Origin: Eledone cirrhosa
Lineage: Eukaryota
Length of the DNA stretch: 64,000 nucleotides
Direction: 5' to 3'
Assembly: GCA_964016885.1 (NCBI GenBank)
Contig: OZ024741.1
Coordinates: 261,020,001 to 261,084,000 of the forward strand
Position 1 is the first letter of the stretch. Each line of letters begins with the position of its first letter. Both the position numbers and the translations under genes were made by a program. Below are positions 38,639-52,247 of this stretch, in pieces. The notes below the pieces were generated by a model. The model made no database searches, was not told the origin of the DNA, and worked only from the letters and a program-made list of their open reading frames with translations.

Positions 38639-41600
38639 CGGTGTTTCGGCTTACGAGTGTTTCGACTTACGAGTGTTTCGGCTTACGAGTGTTTCGACTT
38701 AATAATGTTTTTACTTACGAGTGTTTCGGTGTACGAATGTTTTGACTTAAGGATGTTTCGACTTACGAGTGTTTCGATTTACGAGTGTTTCGGCTTACGT
38801 GAGTTTCGACTTAAGAGTGTTCTGATTTACGAATGTTCTGACTTGCGGGTGTTCTGATTTACGAGTGTTCCGACTTACGAGTGTTTCGGCTTATGAGTGT
38901 TTCGACTTACGAGTGTTTCGGCTTACGAGTGTTTCGACTTATGGGTGTTTCGACTTACGAGTGTTTTTACTTACGGTGTTTCGGCTTACGAGTGTTTCGA
39001 CATACGAGTGTTTTGACTTAAGGGTGTTCCGACTTACGAGTGTTTCGGTTTACGAGTGTTTCGACATACGAGTGTTTTGACTTACGGGTGTTTCGACTTA
39101 CGGGTGTTTCGACTTACGAGTCTTTCGGCTTACGAGTGTTTTGACATACGAGTGTTTCGACTTACGAGTGTTTCGGCTTAAGAGTGTTTCGACTTACTAA
39201 TGTTTTTACTTACGAGTGTTTCGGCGTACGAGAGTTTTGACTTACGAGTGTTTCGACTTACGAGTGTTTTGACTTACGAATGTTTTGACTTACGGGTGTT
39301 TCGGCTTATGAGTTTTTCGACTTACGAGTCTTTCGGCTTACGAGTGTTTCGACTTACTAATGTTTTTACTTACGAGTGTTTCGGCGTACGAGTGTTTCGA
39401 CTTACGAGTGTTTCGACTTACGGGTGTTTTGAATTACTGGTGTTTCGGCTTACGAGTGTTTCGACTAACGAGTGTTTTGACTTAAGGGTGTTTCGACTTA
39501 CGAGTATTTTTGGCTTACGAGTGTTTCGACTTACGAGTGTTTTGACTTACGAGTGTTCTGATTTACGGATGTTTCGACATACTAGTGTTTCGACTTACGA
39601 GTGTTTCGACTTATGAGTGTTTCGACTTACGAGTGTTTCGGCTTACGAGTGTTTCGACTTACGAGTGTTTTGATTTACGGTGTTTCGGCTTACGAGTGTT
39701 TCGACTTACGAGTGTTTTGACTTACGGGTGTTTTGACATACGAGTGTTTCGATACGAGTGTTCTGACTTACGAGTGTTCTGACTTACGAGTGTTTTGACT
39801 TACGAGTGTTCTGACTTACAAGTGTTCCGACTTACGAGTGTTCCGACTTACGAGTGTTTCGGCTTACGAGTGTTTCCGGCTTATGAGTGTTTCGACTTCC
39901 GAGTGTTTTGACTTACGGTGTTTCGGCTTACGAGTGATTCGACTTACGAGTGTTTTGACTTACGGGTGATTTGACTTACGGGTGTTGTGAATTACGAGTG
40001 TTCCGATTTACCAGTGTTTTGACTTACGGTGTTTCGGCTTACGAGTGATTCGACTTACGAATGTTTTGACTTACGGGTGTTTTGGCTTGCGAGTGTTTCG
40101 ACTTACGAGTGTTTCGGCTTATGGGTGTTTCGACTTACTAATGTTTTTACTTACGAGTGTTTCGGCGTACGAGTGTTTTGACTTACGAGTGTTTCGACTT
40201 ACGAGTGTTTCGACTTACGAGTGTTTCGGCTTACGTGAGTTTCGACTTAAGTGTGTTCTGATTTACGAGTGTTCTGACTTGCGGGTGTTCTGATTTACGA
40301 GTGTTCCGACTTACGAGTGTATCGGCTTATGAGAGTTTCGACTTACGAGTGTTTCGGCTTACGAGTGTTTCGACTTATGGGTGTTTCGACTTACGAGTGT
40401 TTTTACTTACGGTGTTTCGGCTTACGAGTGTTTCGACATACGAGTGTTTTGACTTACGGGTGTTTCGACTTACGAGTGTTTTGACTTACGAATGTTTTGA
40501 CTTACGGGTGTTTCGGCTTACGAGTGTTTCGACTTACTAATGTTCTTACTTACGAGTGTTTCGGCGTACGAGAGTTTTGACTTACGAGTGTTTCGACTTA
40601 CGAGTGTTTCGACTTACGAGTGTTTTGACTTACGAATGTTTTGACTTACGGGTGTTTCGGCTTACGAGTGTTTCTACTTACGAGTCTTTCGGCTTACGAG
40701 TGTTTCGACTTACTAATGTTTTTACTTACGAGTGTTTCGGCGTACGAGTGTTTCGACTTACGAGTGTTTCGACTTACGGGTGTTTTGACTTACGGGTGTT
40801 TCGGCTTACGAGTGTTTTGACTTACGAGTGTTTTGACTTAAGGGTGTTTCGACTTACGAGTATTTTTGGCTTATGAGTGTTTCGACTTACGAGTGTTTTG
40901 ACTTACGAGTGTTCTGATTTACGGATGTTTCGACATACGAGTGTTTCGACTTATGAGTGTTTCGACTTACGAGTGTTTCGGCTTATGAGTGTTTCGACTT
41001 ACGAGTGCTTCGGCTTACGAGTGTTTCGACTTACGAGTATTTCGGCTTACGAGTGTTTCGACGTACGAATGTTTTGGCTTACGAGTGTTTCGGCTTATGA
41101 GTGTTTCGGCTTACGAGTGATTCGACTTACGAGTGTTTTGACTTACGGGTGTTTTGACTTACGGGTGTTGTGAATTACGAGTGTTCCGATTCACGAGTGT
41201 TTTGACTTACGGTGTTTCGGCTTACGAGTGATTCGACTTACGAATGTTTTGACTTACGGGTGTTTCGGCTTGCTAGTGTTTCGACTTACGAGTGTTTCGG
41301 CTTATGAGTGTTTCGACTTACTACTGTTTTTACTTACGAGTGTTTCGGCGTCCGAGTGTTTTGACTTACGAGTGTTTCGAATTACGAGTGTTTTGACTTA
41401 CGAATGTTTTGACTTACGGGTGTTTCGGCTTACGAGTGTTTCGACTTACGAGTGTTTCGGCTTGCGAGTGTTTCGACTTACTAATGTTTTTACTTACGAG
41501 TTTTTCGGCGTACGAGTGTTTCGACTTACGAGTGTTTCGACTTACGGGTGTTTTGACTTAAGGGTGTTTCGACTTACAAGTGTTTCGACTTACGAGTGTT

Positions 41601-42135
41601 TCGACTTACCAGTGTTCTGACTTACGAGTGTTCTGATTTACGGATGTTTCGACATACGAGTGTTTCGACTTACGAGTGTTTCGACTTACGAGTGTTTTGA
41701 CTTACGGGTGTTTTGACATACGAGTGTTTCGATACGAGTGTTTCGACTTACGAGTGTTCTGACTTACGAGTGTTCTGACTTACGAGTGTTCTGATTTACG
41801 AGTGTTCTGATTTACGAGTGTTCCGACTTACGAGTGTTTCGGCTTACGAGTGTTTCGACTTACGAGTGTTTCGACTTACGAGTGTTTCGACTTACGAGTG
41901 TTCCGACTTACGGGTGTTTCGACTTACGAGTGGTTTGGCTTACGGTGTTTCGGCTTACGAGTGTTTCGAGTTACGAGTGTTTTGACTTACGCGTGTTTTG
42001 ACATACGAGTGTTTCGATACGAGTGTTCTGACTTACGAGTGTTCTGACTTACGAGTGTTCTGACTTACGAGTGTTCCGACTTTACGAGTGTTTCGGCTCA
42101 CGAGTGTTTCGGCTTACGAGTGTTTCGACTTACGA

Positions 42136-42204
42136 AAATAACAAATAGACGCGGTTTCAAATCTCTATGATTTTCAAATTCATTACATTAATCTTTATTT
42201 ATAC
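42136..42204 (+). repeat. 69-bp spacer, subtype B
   Basis: Same sequence and junctions. Confidence 0.95.
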
Positions 42205-45200
42205 GTTTCGCTTTACGAGTGTTTCGACTTACGAGTGTTTCGACATACGAGTGTTTCGACTTCCGAATGTTTTTGCTTACGGGTGTTTCGACTTACGAAG
42301 TTTCGGATACGAGTGTTTCGGCTTACGAGTGTTTCCGGCTTACGAGTGTTTCGACTTACGAGTGTTTCGACTTTCGAGTGTTTTGACTTACGGTGTTTCG
42401 GCTTACAAGTGATTCGACTTACGAGTGTTTTGACTTACGGGTGTTCCGACTTACGAGTGTTTCGGTTTACGAGTGCTTCGACATACGAGTGTTTTGACTT
42501 ACGGGTGTTTCGACTTACGGGTGTTTCGACTTACGAGTGTTTCGGCTTACGAGAGTTTCGACTTACTAATGTTTTTACTTACGAGTATTTCGGTGTACGA
42601 ATGTTTTGACATAAGGATGTTTCGACTTACGAGTGTTTTGACTTACGGTGTTTCGGCTTACGAGTGATTCGACTTACGAGTGTTTCTACTTACGAGTCTT
42701 TCGGCTTACGAGTGTTTCGACTTACTAATGTTTTTACTTACGAGTGTTTCGGCGTACGAGTGTTTCGACTTACGAGTGTTTCGACTTACGGGTGTTTTGA
42801 CTTACGGGTGTTTCGGCTTACGAGTGTTTTTGGCTTACGAGTGTTTTGACTTACGAGTGTTCTGATTTACGGATGTTTCGACATACGAGTGTTTCGACTT
42901 ACGAGTGTTTCGACATATGAATGTTTCGACTTACGAGTGTTTCGGCTTATGAGTGTTTCGACTTACGAGTGCTTCGGCTTACGAGTGTTTCGACTTACGA
43001 GTATTTCGGCTTACGAGTGTTTCGACGTACGAATGTTTTGGCTTACGAGTGTTTCGGCTTATGAGTGTTTCGGCTTACGAGTGTTTCGACTTACGAGTGT
43101 TTCGGCTTACGAGTGTTTCAGTGTTTCGGCTTACGTGTGTTTCGACTTACGAGTGTTTCGACTTACGACTGTTTCGGCTTACGAGTGTTTCGGCTTACGA
43201 GTGTTTCGACTTACGAGTGTTTTGACTTACGAGTGTTTTGACTTACGATTGTTTGGCTTACGAGTGTTCTGACTTACGGGTGTTCTGACTTACGAGTGTT
43301 CCGACTTACGAGTGTTTCGGCTTATGAGGGTTTCGACTTACGAGTGCTTCGGCTTACGAGTGTTTCGACTTACGAGTGTTTCGGCTTACGAGTGTTTCAA
43401 CTTACGAGTGTTTCGACTTACGAGTGTTTTGACTTACGGTGTTTCGGCTTACGAGTGTTTCGACATACGAGTGTTTTGACGTACGGGTCTTTCGACTTAC
43501 GGGTCTTTCGACTTAAGAGTGTTTCGACTTACGAGCGCTTCGACTTACGAGTGTTTCGGCGTATGAGTGTTTTGACTTACGAGTGTTTCGACTTACGAGT
43601 GTTTTGACTTACGGTGTTTCTGCTTACGAGTGTTTCGACTTACGAGTGTTATGACTTACGGGTGTTTTGACATACGAGTGTTTCAACTTACGAGTGTTTT
43701 GACTTACGGGTGTTTTGACATACGAGTGTTTCGATACGAGTGTTCTGACTTACGAGTGTTCTGACTTACGAGTGTTCTGACTTACGAGTGTTCTGACTTA
43801 CGAGTGTTTCGACATACGAGTGTTTTGACTTACGGGTGTTTCGACTTACGAGTGTTTTGACTTACGAATGTTTTGACTTACGGATGTTTCGGCTTACGAG
43901 TGTTTCGACTTACGAGTGTTTCGGCTTATGAGTGTTTCGACTTACTAATGTTTTTACTTACGAGTGTTTTGACTTACGAATGTTTTGACTTACGGGTGTT
44001 TCGACTTACGAGTGTTTCGACTTATGAGTGTTTCGACTTTCGAGTGTTCTGACTTACGAGTGTTCTGACTTACGAGTGTTCCGACTTACGAGTGTTTCGG
44101 TTTACGAGTGTTTCGACATACGAGTGTTTTGACTTACGAGTGATTCGACTTACGAGTGTTTTGACTTACGGGTGTTTTGACTTACGGGTGTTGTGAATTA
44201 CCAGTGTTCCGATTTACGAGTGTTTTGACTTATGAGTGTTTCGACTTTCGAGTGTTCTGACTTACGAGTGTTCTGACTTACGAGTGTTCCGACTTACGAG
44301 TGTTTCGGTTTACGAGTGTTTCGACATACGAGTGTTTTGACTTACGAGTGATTCGACTTACGAGTGTTTTGACTTACGGGTGTTTTGACTTACGGGTGTT
44401 GTGAATTACCAGTGTTCCGATTTACGAGTGTTTTGACTTACGGTGTTTCGGCTTACGAGTGTTTCGACTTACGAGTGTTTCGGCTTACGAGTGTTTCGAC
44501 TTAATAATGTTTTTACTTACGAGTGTTTCGGTGTACGAATGTTTTGACTTAAGGATGTTTCGACTTACGAGTGTTTCGATTTACGAGTGTTTCGGCTTAC
44601 GTGAGTTTCGACTTAAGAGTGTTCTGATTTACGAATGTTCTGACTTGCGGGTGTTCTGATTTACGAGTGTTCCGACTTACGAGTGTTTCGGCTTATGAGT
44701 GTTTCGACTTACGAGTGTTTCGGCTTACGAGTGTTTCGACTTATGGGTGTTTCGACTTACGAGTGTTTTTACTTACGGTGTTTCGGCTTACGAGTGTTTC
44801 GACATACGAGTGTTTTGACTTAAGGGTGTTCCGACTTACGAGTGTTTCGGTTTACGAGTGTTTCGACATACGAGTGTTTTGACTTACGGGTGTTTCGACT
44901 TACGGGTGTTTCGACTTACGAGTCTTTCGGCTTACGAGTGTTTTGACATACGAGTGTTTCGACTTACGAGTGTTTCGGCTTAAGAGTGTTTCGACTTACT
45001 AATGTTTTTACTTACGAGTGTTTCGGCGTACGAGAGTTTTGACTTACGAGTGTTTCGACTTACGAGTGTTTTGACTTACGAATGTTTTGACTTACGGGTG
45101 TTTCGGCTTATGAGTTTTTCGACTTACGAGTCTTTCGGCTTACGAGTGTTTCGACTTACTAATGTTTTTACTTACGAGTGTTTCGGCGTACGAGTGTTTC

Positions 45201-47937
45201 GACTTACGAGTGTTTCGACTTACGGGTGTTTTGAATTACTGGTGTTTCGGCTTACGAGTGTTTCGACTAACGAGTGTTTTGACTTAAGGGTGTTTCGACT
45301 TACGAGTATTTTTGGCTTACGAGTGTTTCGACTTACGAGTGTTTTGACTTACGAGTGTTCTGATTTACGGATGTTTCGACATACTAGTGTTTCGACTTAC
45401 GAGTGTTTCGACTTATGAGTGTTTCGACTTACGAGTGTTTCGGCTTACGAGTGTTTCGACTTACGAGTGTTTTGATTTACGGTGTTTCGGCTTACGAGTG
45501 TTTCGACTTACGAGTGTTTTGACTTACGGGTGTTTTGACATACGAGTGTTTCGATACGAGTGTTCTGACTTACGAGTGTTCTGACTTACGAGTGTTTTGA
45601 CTTACGAGTGTTCTGACTTACAAGTGTTCCGACTTACGAGTGTTCCGACTTACGAGTGTTTCGGCTTACGAGTGTTTCCGGCTTATGAGTGTTTCGACTT
45701 CCGAGTGTTTTGACTTACGGTGTTTCGGCTTACGAGTGATTCGACTTACGAGTGTTTTGACTTACGGGTGATTTGACTTACGGGTGTTGTGAATTACGAG
45801 TGTTCCGATTTACCAGTGTTTTGACTTACGGTGTTTCGGCTTACGAGTGATTCGACTTACGAATGTTTTGACTTACGGGTGTTTTGGCTTGCGAGTGTTT
45901 CGACTTACGAGTGTTTCGGCTTATGGGTGTTTCGACTTACTAATGTTTTTACTTACGAGTGTTTCGGCGTACGAGTGTTTTGACTTACGAGTGTTTCGAC
46001 TTACGAGTGTTTCGACTTACGAGTGTTTCGGCTTACGTGAGTTTCGACTTAAGTGTGTTCTGATTTACGAGTGTTCTGACTTGCGGGTGTTCTGATTTAC
46101 GAGTGTTCCGACTTACGAGTGTATCGGCTTATGAGAGTTTCGACTTACGAGTGTTTCGGCTTACGAGTGTTTCGACTTATGGGTGTTTCGACTTACGAGT
46201 GTTTTTACTTACGGTGTTTCGGCTTACGAGTGTTTCGACATACGAGTGTTTTGACTTACGGGTGTTTCGACTTACGAGTGTTTTGACTTACGAATGTTTT
46301 GACTTACGGGTGTTTCGGCTTACGAGTGTTTCGACTTACTAATGTTCTTACTTACGAGTGTTTCGGCGTACGAGAGTTTTGACTTACGAGTGTTTCGACT
46401 TACGAGTGTTTCGACTTACGAGTGTTTTGACTTACGAATGTTTTGACTTACGGGTGTTTCGGCTTACGAGTGTTTCTACTTACGAGTCTTTCGGCTTACG
46501 AGTGTTTCGACTTACTAATGTTTTTACTTACGAGTGTTTCGGCGTACGAGTGTTTCGACTTACGAGTGTTTCGACTTACGGGTGTTTTGACTTACGGGTG
46601 TTTCGGCTTACGAGTGTTTTGACTTACGAGTGTTTTGACTTAAGGGTGTTTCGACTTACGAGTATTTTTGGCTTATGAGTGTTTCGACTTACGAGTGTTT
46701 TGACTTACGAGTGTTCTGATTTACGGATGTTTCGACATACGAGTGTTTCGACTTATGAGTGTTTCGACTTACGAGTGTTTCGGCTTATGAGTGTTTCGAC
46801 TTACGAGTGCTTCGGCTTACGAGTGTTTCGACTTACGAGTATTTCGGCTTACGAGTGTTTCGACGTACGAATGTTTTGGCTTACGAGTGTTTCGGCTTAT
46901 GAGTGTTTCGGCTTACGAGTGATTCGACTTACGAGTGTTTTGACTTACGGGTGTTTTGACTTACGGGTGTTGTGAATTACGAGTGTTCCGATTCACGAGT
47001 GTTTTGACTTACGGTGTTTCGGCTTACGAGTGATTCGACTTACGAATGTTTTGACTTACGGGTGTTTCGGCTTGCTAGTGTTTCGACTTACGAGTGTTTC
47101 GGCTTATGAGTGTTTCGACTTACTACTGTTTTTACTTACGAGTGTTTCGGCGTCCGAGTGTTTTGACTTACGAGTGTTTCGAATTACGAGTGTTTTGACT
47201 TACGAATGTTTTGACTTACGGGTGTTTCGGCTTACGAGTGTTTCGACTTACGAGTGTTTCGGCTTGCGAGTGTTTCGACTTACTAATGTTTTTACTTACG
47301 AGTTTTTCGGCGTACGAGTGTTTCGACTTACGAGTGTTTCGACTTACGGGTGTTTTGACTTAAGGGTGTTTCGACTTACAAGTGTTTCGACTTACGAGTG
47401 TTTCGACTTACCAGTGTTCTGACTTACGAGTGTTCTGATTTACGGATGTTTCGACATACGAGTGTTTCGACTTACGAGTGTTTCGACTTACGAGTGTTTT
47501 GACTTACGGGTGTTTTGACATACGAGTGTTTCGATACGAGTGTTTCGACTTACGAGTGTTCTGACTTACGAGTGTTCTGACTTACGAGTGTTCTGATTTA
47601 CGAGTGTTCTGATTTACGAGTGTTCCGACTTACGAGTGTTTCGGCTTACGAGTGTTTCGACTTACGAGTGTTTCGACTTACGAGTGTTTCGACTTACGAG
47701 TGTTCCGACTTACGGGTGTTTCGACTTACGAGTGGTTTGGCTTACGGTGTTTCGGCTTACGAGTGTTTCGAGTTACGAGTGTTTTGACTTACGCGTGTTT
47801 TGACATACGAGTGTTTCGATACGAGTGTTCTGACTTACGAGTGTTCTGACTTACGAGTGTTCTGACTTACGAGTGTTCCGACTTTACGAGTGTTTCGGCT
47901 CACGAGTGTTTCGGCTTACGAGTGTTTCGACTTACGA

Positions 47938-48006
47938 AAATAACAAATAGACGCGGTTTCAAATCTCTATGATTTTCAAATTCATTACATTAATCTTTAT
48001 TTATAC
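47938..48006 (+). repeat. 69-bp spacer, subtype B
   Basis: Offset 5802 from 42136. Confidence 0.95.
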
Positions 48007-51000
48007 GTTTCGCTTTACGAGTGTTTCGACTTACGAGTGTTTCGACATACGAGTGTTTCGACTTCCGAATGTTTTTGCTTACGGGTGTTTCGACTTACGA
48101 AGTTTCGGATACGAGTGTTTCGGCTTACGAGTGTTTCCGGCTTACGAGTGTTTCGACTTACGAGTGTTTCGACTTTCGAGTGTTTTGACTTACGGTGTTT
48201 CGGCTTACAAGTGATTCGACTTACGAGTGTTTTGACTTACGGGTGTTCCGACTTACGAGTGTTTCGGTTTACGAGTGCTTCGACATACGAGTGTTTTGAC
48301 TTACGGGTGTTTCGACTTACGGGTGTTTCGACTTACGAGTGTTTCGGCTTACGAGAGTTTCGACTTACTAATGTTTTTACTTACGAGTATTTCGGTGTAC
48401 GAATGTTTTGACATAAGGATGTTTCGACTTACGAGTGTTTTGACTTACGGTGTTTCGGCTTACGAGTGATTCGACTTACGAGTGTTTCTACTTACGAGTC
48501 TTTCGGCTTACGAGTGTTTCGACTTACTAATGTTTTTACTTACGAGTGTTTCGGCGTACGAGTGTTTCGACTTACGAGTGTTTCGACTTACGGGTGTTTT
48601 GACTTACGGGTGTTTCGGCTTACGAGTGTTTTTGGCTTACGAGTGTTTTGACTTACGAGTGTTCTGATTTACGGATGTTTCGACATACGAGTGTTTCGAC
48701 TTACGAGTGTTTCGACATATGAATGTTTCGACTTACGAGTGTTTCGGCTTATGAGTGTTTCGACTTACGAGTGCTTCGGCTTACGAGTGTTTCGACTTAC
48801 GAGTATTTCGGCTTACGAGTGTTTCGACGTACGAATGTTTTGGCTTACGAGTGTTTCGGCTTATGAGTGTTTCGGCTTACGAGTGTTTCGACTTACGAGT
48901 GTTTCGGCTTACGAGTGTTTCAGTGTTTCGGCTTACGTGTGTTTCGACTTACGAGTGTTTCGACTTACGACTGTTTCGGCTTACGAGTGTTTCGGCTTAC
49001 GAGTGTTTCGACTTACGAGTGTTTTGACTTACGAGTGTTTTGACTTACGATTGTTTGGCTTACGAGTGTTCTGACTTACGGGTGTTCTGACTTACGAGTG
49101 TTCCGACTTACGAGTGTTTCGGCTTATGAGGGTTTCGACTTACGAGTGCTTCGGCTTACGAGTGTTTCGACTTACGAGTGTTTCGGCTTACGAGTGTTTC
49201 AACTTACGAGTGTTTCGACTTACGAGTGTTTTGACTTACGGTGTTTCGGCTTACGAGTGTTTCGACATACGAGTGTTTTGACGTACGGGTCTTTCGACTT
49301 ACGGGTCTTTCGACTTAAGAGTGTTTCGACTTACGAGCGCTTCGACTTACGAGTGTTTCGGCGTATGAGTGTTTTGACTTACGAGTGTTTCGACTTACGA
49401 GTGTTTTGACTTACGGTGTTTCTGCTTACGAGTGTTTCGACTTACGAGTGTTATGACTTACGGGTGTTTTGACATACGAGTGTTTCAACTTACGAGTGTT
49501 TTGACTTACGGGTGTTTTGACATACGAGTGTTTCGATACGAGTGTTCTGACTTACGAGTGTTCTGACTTACGAGTGTTCTGACTTACGAGTGTTCTGACT
49601 TACGAGTGTTTCGACATACGAGTGTTTTGACTTACGGGTGTTTCGACTTACGAGTGTTTTGACTTACGAATGTTTTGACTTACGGGTGTTTCGGCTTACG
49701 AGTGTTTCTACTTACGAGTCTTTCGGCTTACGAGTGTTTCGACTTACTAATGTTTTTACTTACGAGTGTTTCGGCGTACGAGTGTTTCGACTTACGAGTG
49801 TTTCGACTTACGGGTGTTTTGACTTACGGGTGTTTCGGCTTACGAGTGTTTTGACTTACGAGTGTTTTGACTTAAGGGTGTTTCGACTTACGAGTATTTT
49901 TGGCTTATGAGTGTTTCGACTTACGAGTGTTTTGACTTACGAGTGTTCTGATTTACGGATGTTTCGACATACGAGTGTTTCGACTTATGAGTGTTTCGAC
50001 TTACGAGTGTTTCGGCTTATGAGTGTTTCGACTTACGAGTGCTTCGGCTTACGAGTGTTTCGACTTACGAGTATTTCGGCTTACGAGTGTTTCGACGTAC
50101 GAATGTTTTGGCTTACGAGTGTTTCGGCTTATGAGTGTTTCGGCTTACGAGTGATTCGACTTACGAGTGTTTTGACTTACGGGTGTTTTGACTTACGGGT
50201 GTTGTGAATTACGAGTGTTCCGATTCACGAGTGTTTTGACTTACGGTGTTTCGGCTTACGAGTGATTCGACTTACGAATGTTTTGACTTACGGGTGTTTC
50301 GGCTTGCTAGTGTTTCGACTTACGAGTGTTTCGGCTTATGAGTGTTTCGACTTACTACTGTTTTTACTTACGAGTGTTTCGGCGTCCGAGTGTTTTGACT
50401 TACGAGTGTTTCGAATTACGAGTGTTTTGACTTACGAATGTTTTGACTTACGGGTGTTTCGGCTTACGAGTGTTTCGACTTACGAGTGTTTCGGCTTGCG
50501 AGTGTTTCGACTTACTAATGTTTTTACTTACGAGTTTTTCGGCGTACGAGTGTTTCGACTTACGAGTGTTTCGACTTACGGGTGTTTTGACTTAAGGGTG
50601 TTTCGACTTACAAGTGTTTCGACTTACGAGTGTTTCGACTTACCAGTGTTCTGACTTACGAGTGTTCTGATTTACGGATGTTTCGACATACGAGTGTTTC
50701 GACTTACGAGTGTTTCGACTTACGAGTGTTTTGACTTACGGGTGTTTTGACATACGAGTGTTTCGATACGAGTGTTTCGACTTACGAGTGTTCTGACTTA
50801 CGAGTGTTCTGACTTACGAGTGTTCTGATTTACGAGTGTTCTGATTTACGAGTGTTCCGACTTACGAGTGTTTCGGCTTACGAGTGTTTCGACTTACGAG
50901 TGTTTCGACTTACGAGTGTTTCGACTTACGAGTGTTCCGACTTACGGGTGTTTCGACTTACGAGTGGTTTGGCTTACGGTGTTTCGGCTTACGAGTGTTT

Positions 51001-51169
51001 CGAGTTACGAGTGTTTTGACTTACGCGTGTTTTGACATACGAGTGTTTCGATACGAGTGTTCTGACTTACGAGTGTTCTGACTTACGAGTGTTCTGACTT
51101 ACGAGTGTTCCGACTTTACGAGTGTTTCGGCTCACGAGTGTTTCGGCTTACGAGTGTTTCGACTTACGA

Positions 51170-51238
51170 AAATAACAAATAGACGCGGTTTCAAATCTCT
51201 ATGATTTTCAAATTCATTACATTAATCTTTATTTATAC
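51170..51238 (+). repeat. 69-bp spacer, subtype B
   Basis: Offset 3232 from 47938. Confidence 0.95.
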
Positions 51239-52178
51239 GTTTCGCTTTACGAGTGTTTCGACTTACGAGTGTTTCGACATACGAGTGTTTCGACTTCCGA
51301 ATGTTTTTGCTTACGGGTGTTTCGACTTACGAAGTTTCGGATACGAGTGTTTCGGCTTACGAGTGTTTCCGGCTTACGAGTGTTTCGACTTACGAGTGTT
51401 TCGACTTTCGAGTGTTTTGACTTACGGTGTTTCGGCTTACAAGTGATTCGACTTACGAGTGTTTTGACTTACGGGTGTTCCGACTTACGAGTGTTTCGGT
51501 TTACGAGTGCTTCGACATACGAGTGTTTTGACTTACGGGTGTTTCGACTTACGGGTGTTTCGACTTACGAGTGTTTCGGCTTACGAGAGTTTCGACTTAC
51601 TAATGTTTTTACTTACGAGTATTTCGGTGTACGAATGTTTTGACATAAGGATGTTTCGACTTACGAGTGTTTTGACTTACGGTGTTTCGGCTTACGAGTG
51701 ATTCGACTTACGAGTGTTTCTACTTACGAGTCTTTCGGCTTACGAGTGTTTCGACTTACTAATGTTTTTACTTACGAGTGTTTCGGCGTACGAGTGTTTC
51801 GACTTACGAGTGTTTCGACTTACGGGTGTTTTGACTTACGGGTGTTTCGGCTTACGAGTGTTTTTGGCTTACGAGTGTTTTGACTTACGAGTGTTCTGAT
51901 TTACGGATGTTTCGACATACGAGTGTTTCGACTTACGAGTGTTTCGACATATGAATGTTTCGACTTACGAGTGTTTCGGCTTATGAGTGTTTCGACTTAC
52001 GAGTGCTTCGGCTTACGAGTGTTTCGACTTACGAGTATTTCGGCTTACGAGTGTTTCGACGTACGAATGTTTTGGCTTACGAGTGTTTCGGCTTATGAGT
52101 GTTTCGGCTTACGAGTGTTTCGACTTACGAGTGTTTCGGCTTACGAGTGTTTCGGCTTACGAGTGTTTCGACTTACGA

Positions 52179-52247
52179 AAATAACAAATAGACGCGGTTT
52201 CAAATCTCTATGATTTTCAAATTCATTACATTAATCTTTATTTATAC
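52179..52247 (+). repeat. 69-bp spacer, subtype B
   Basis: Offset 1009 from 51170. Confidence 0.95.

Larger units (their letters stand above)
38100..49685 (+). repeat. 5802-bp higher-order tandem duplication (2 copies)
   Basis: Constant offset of 5802 for 38657/44459, 40045/45847, 42167/47969 and 43296/49098. Confidence 0.92.
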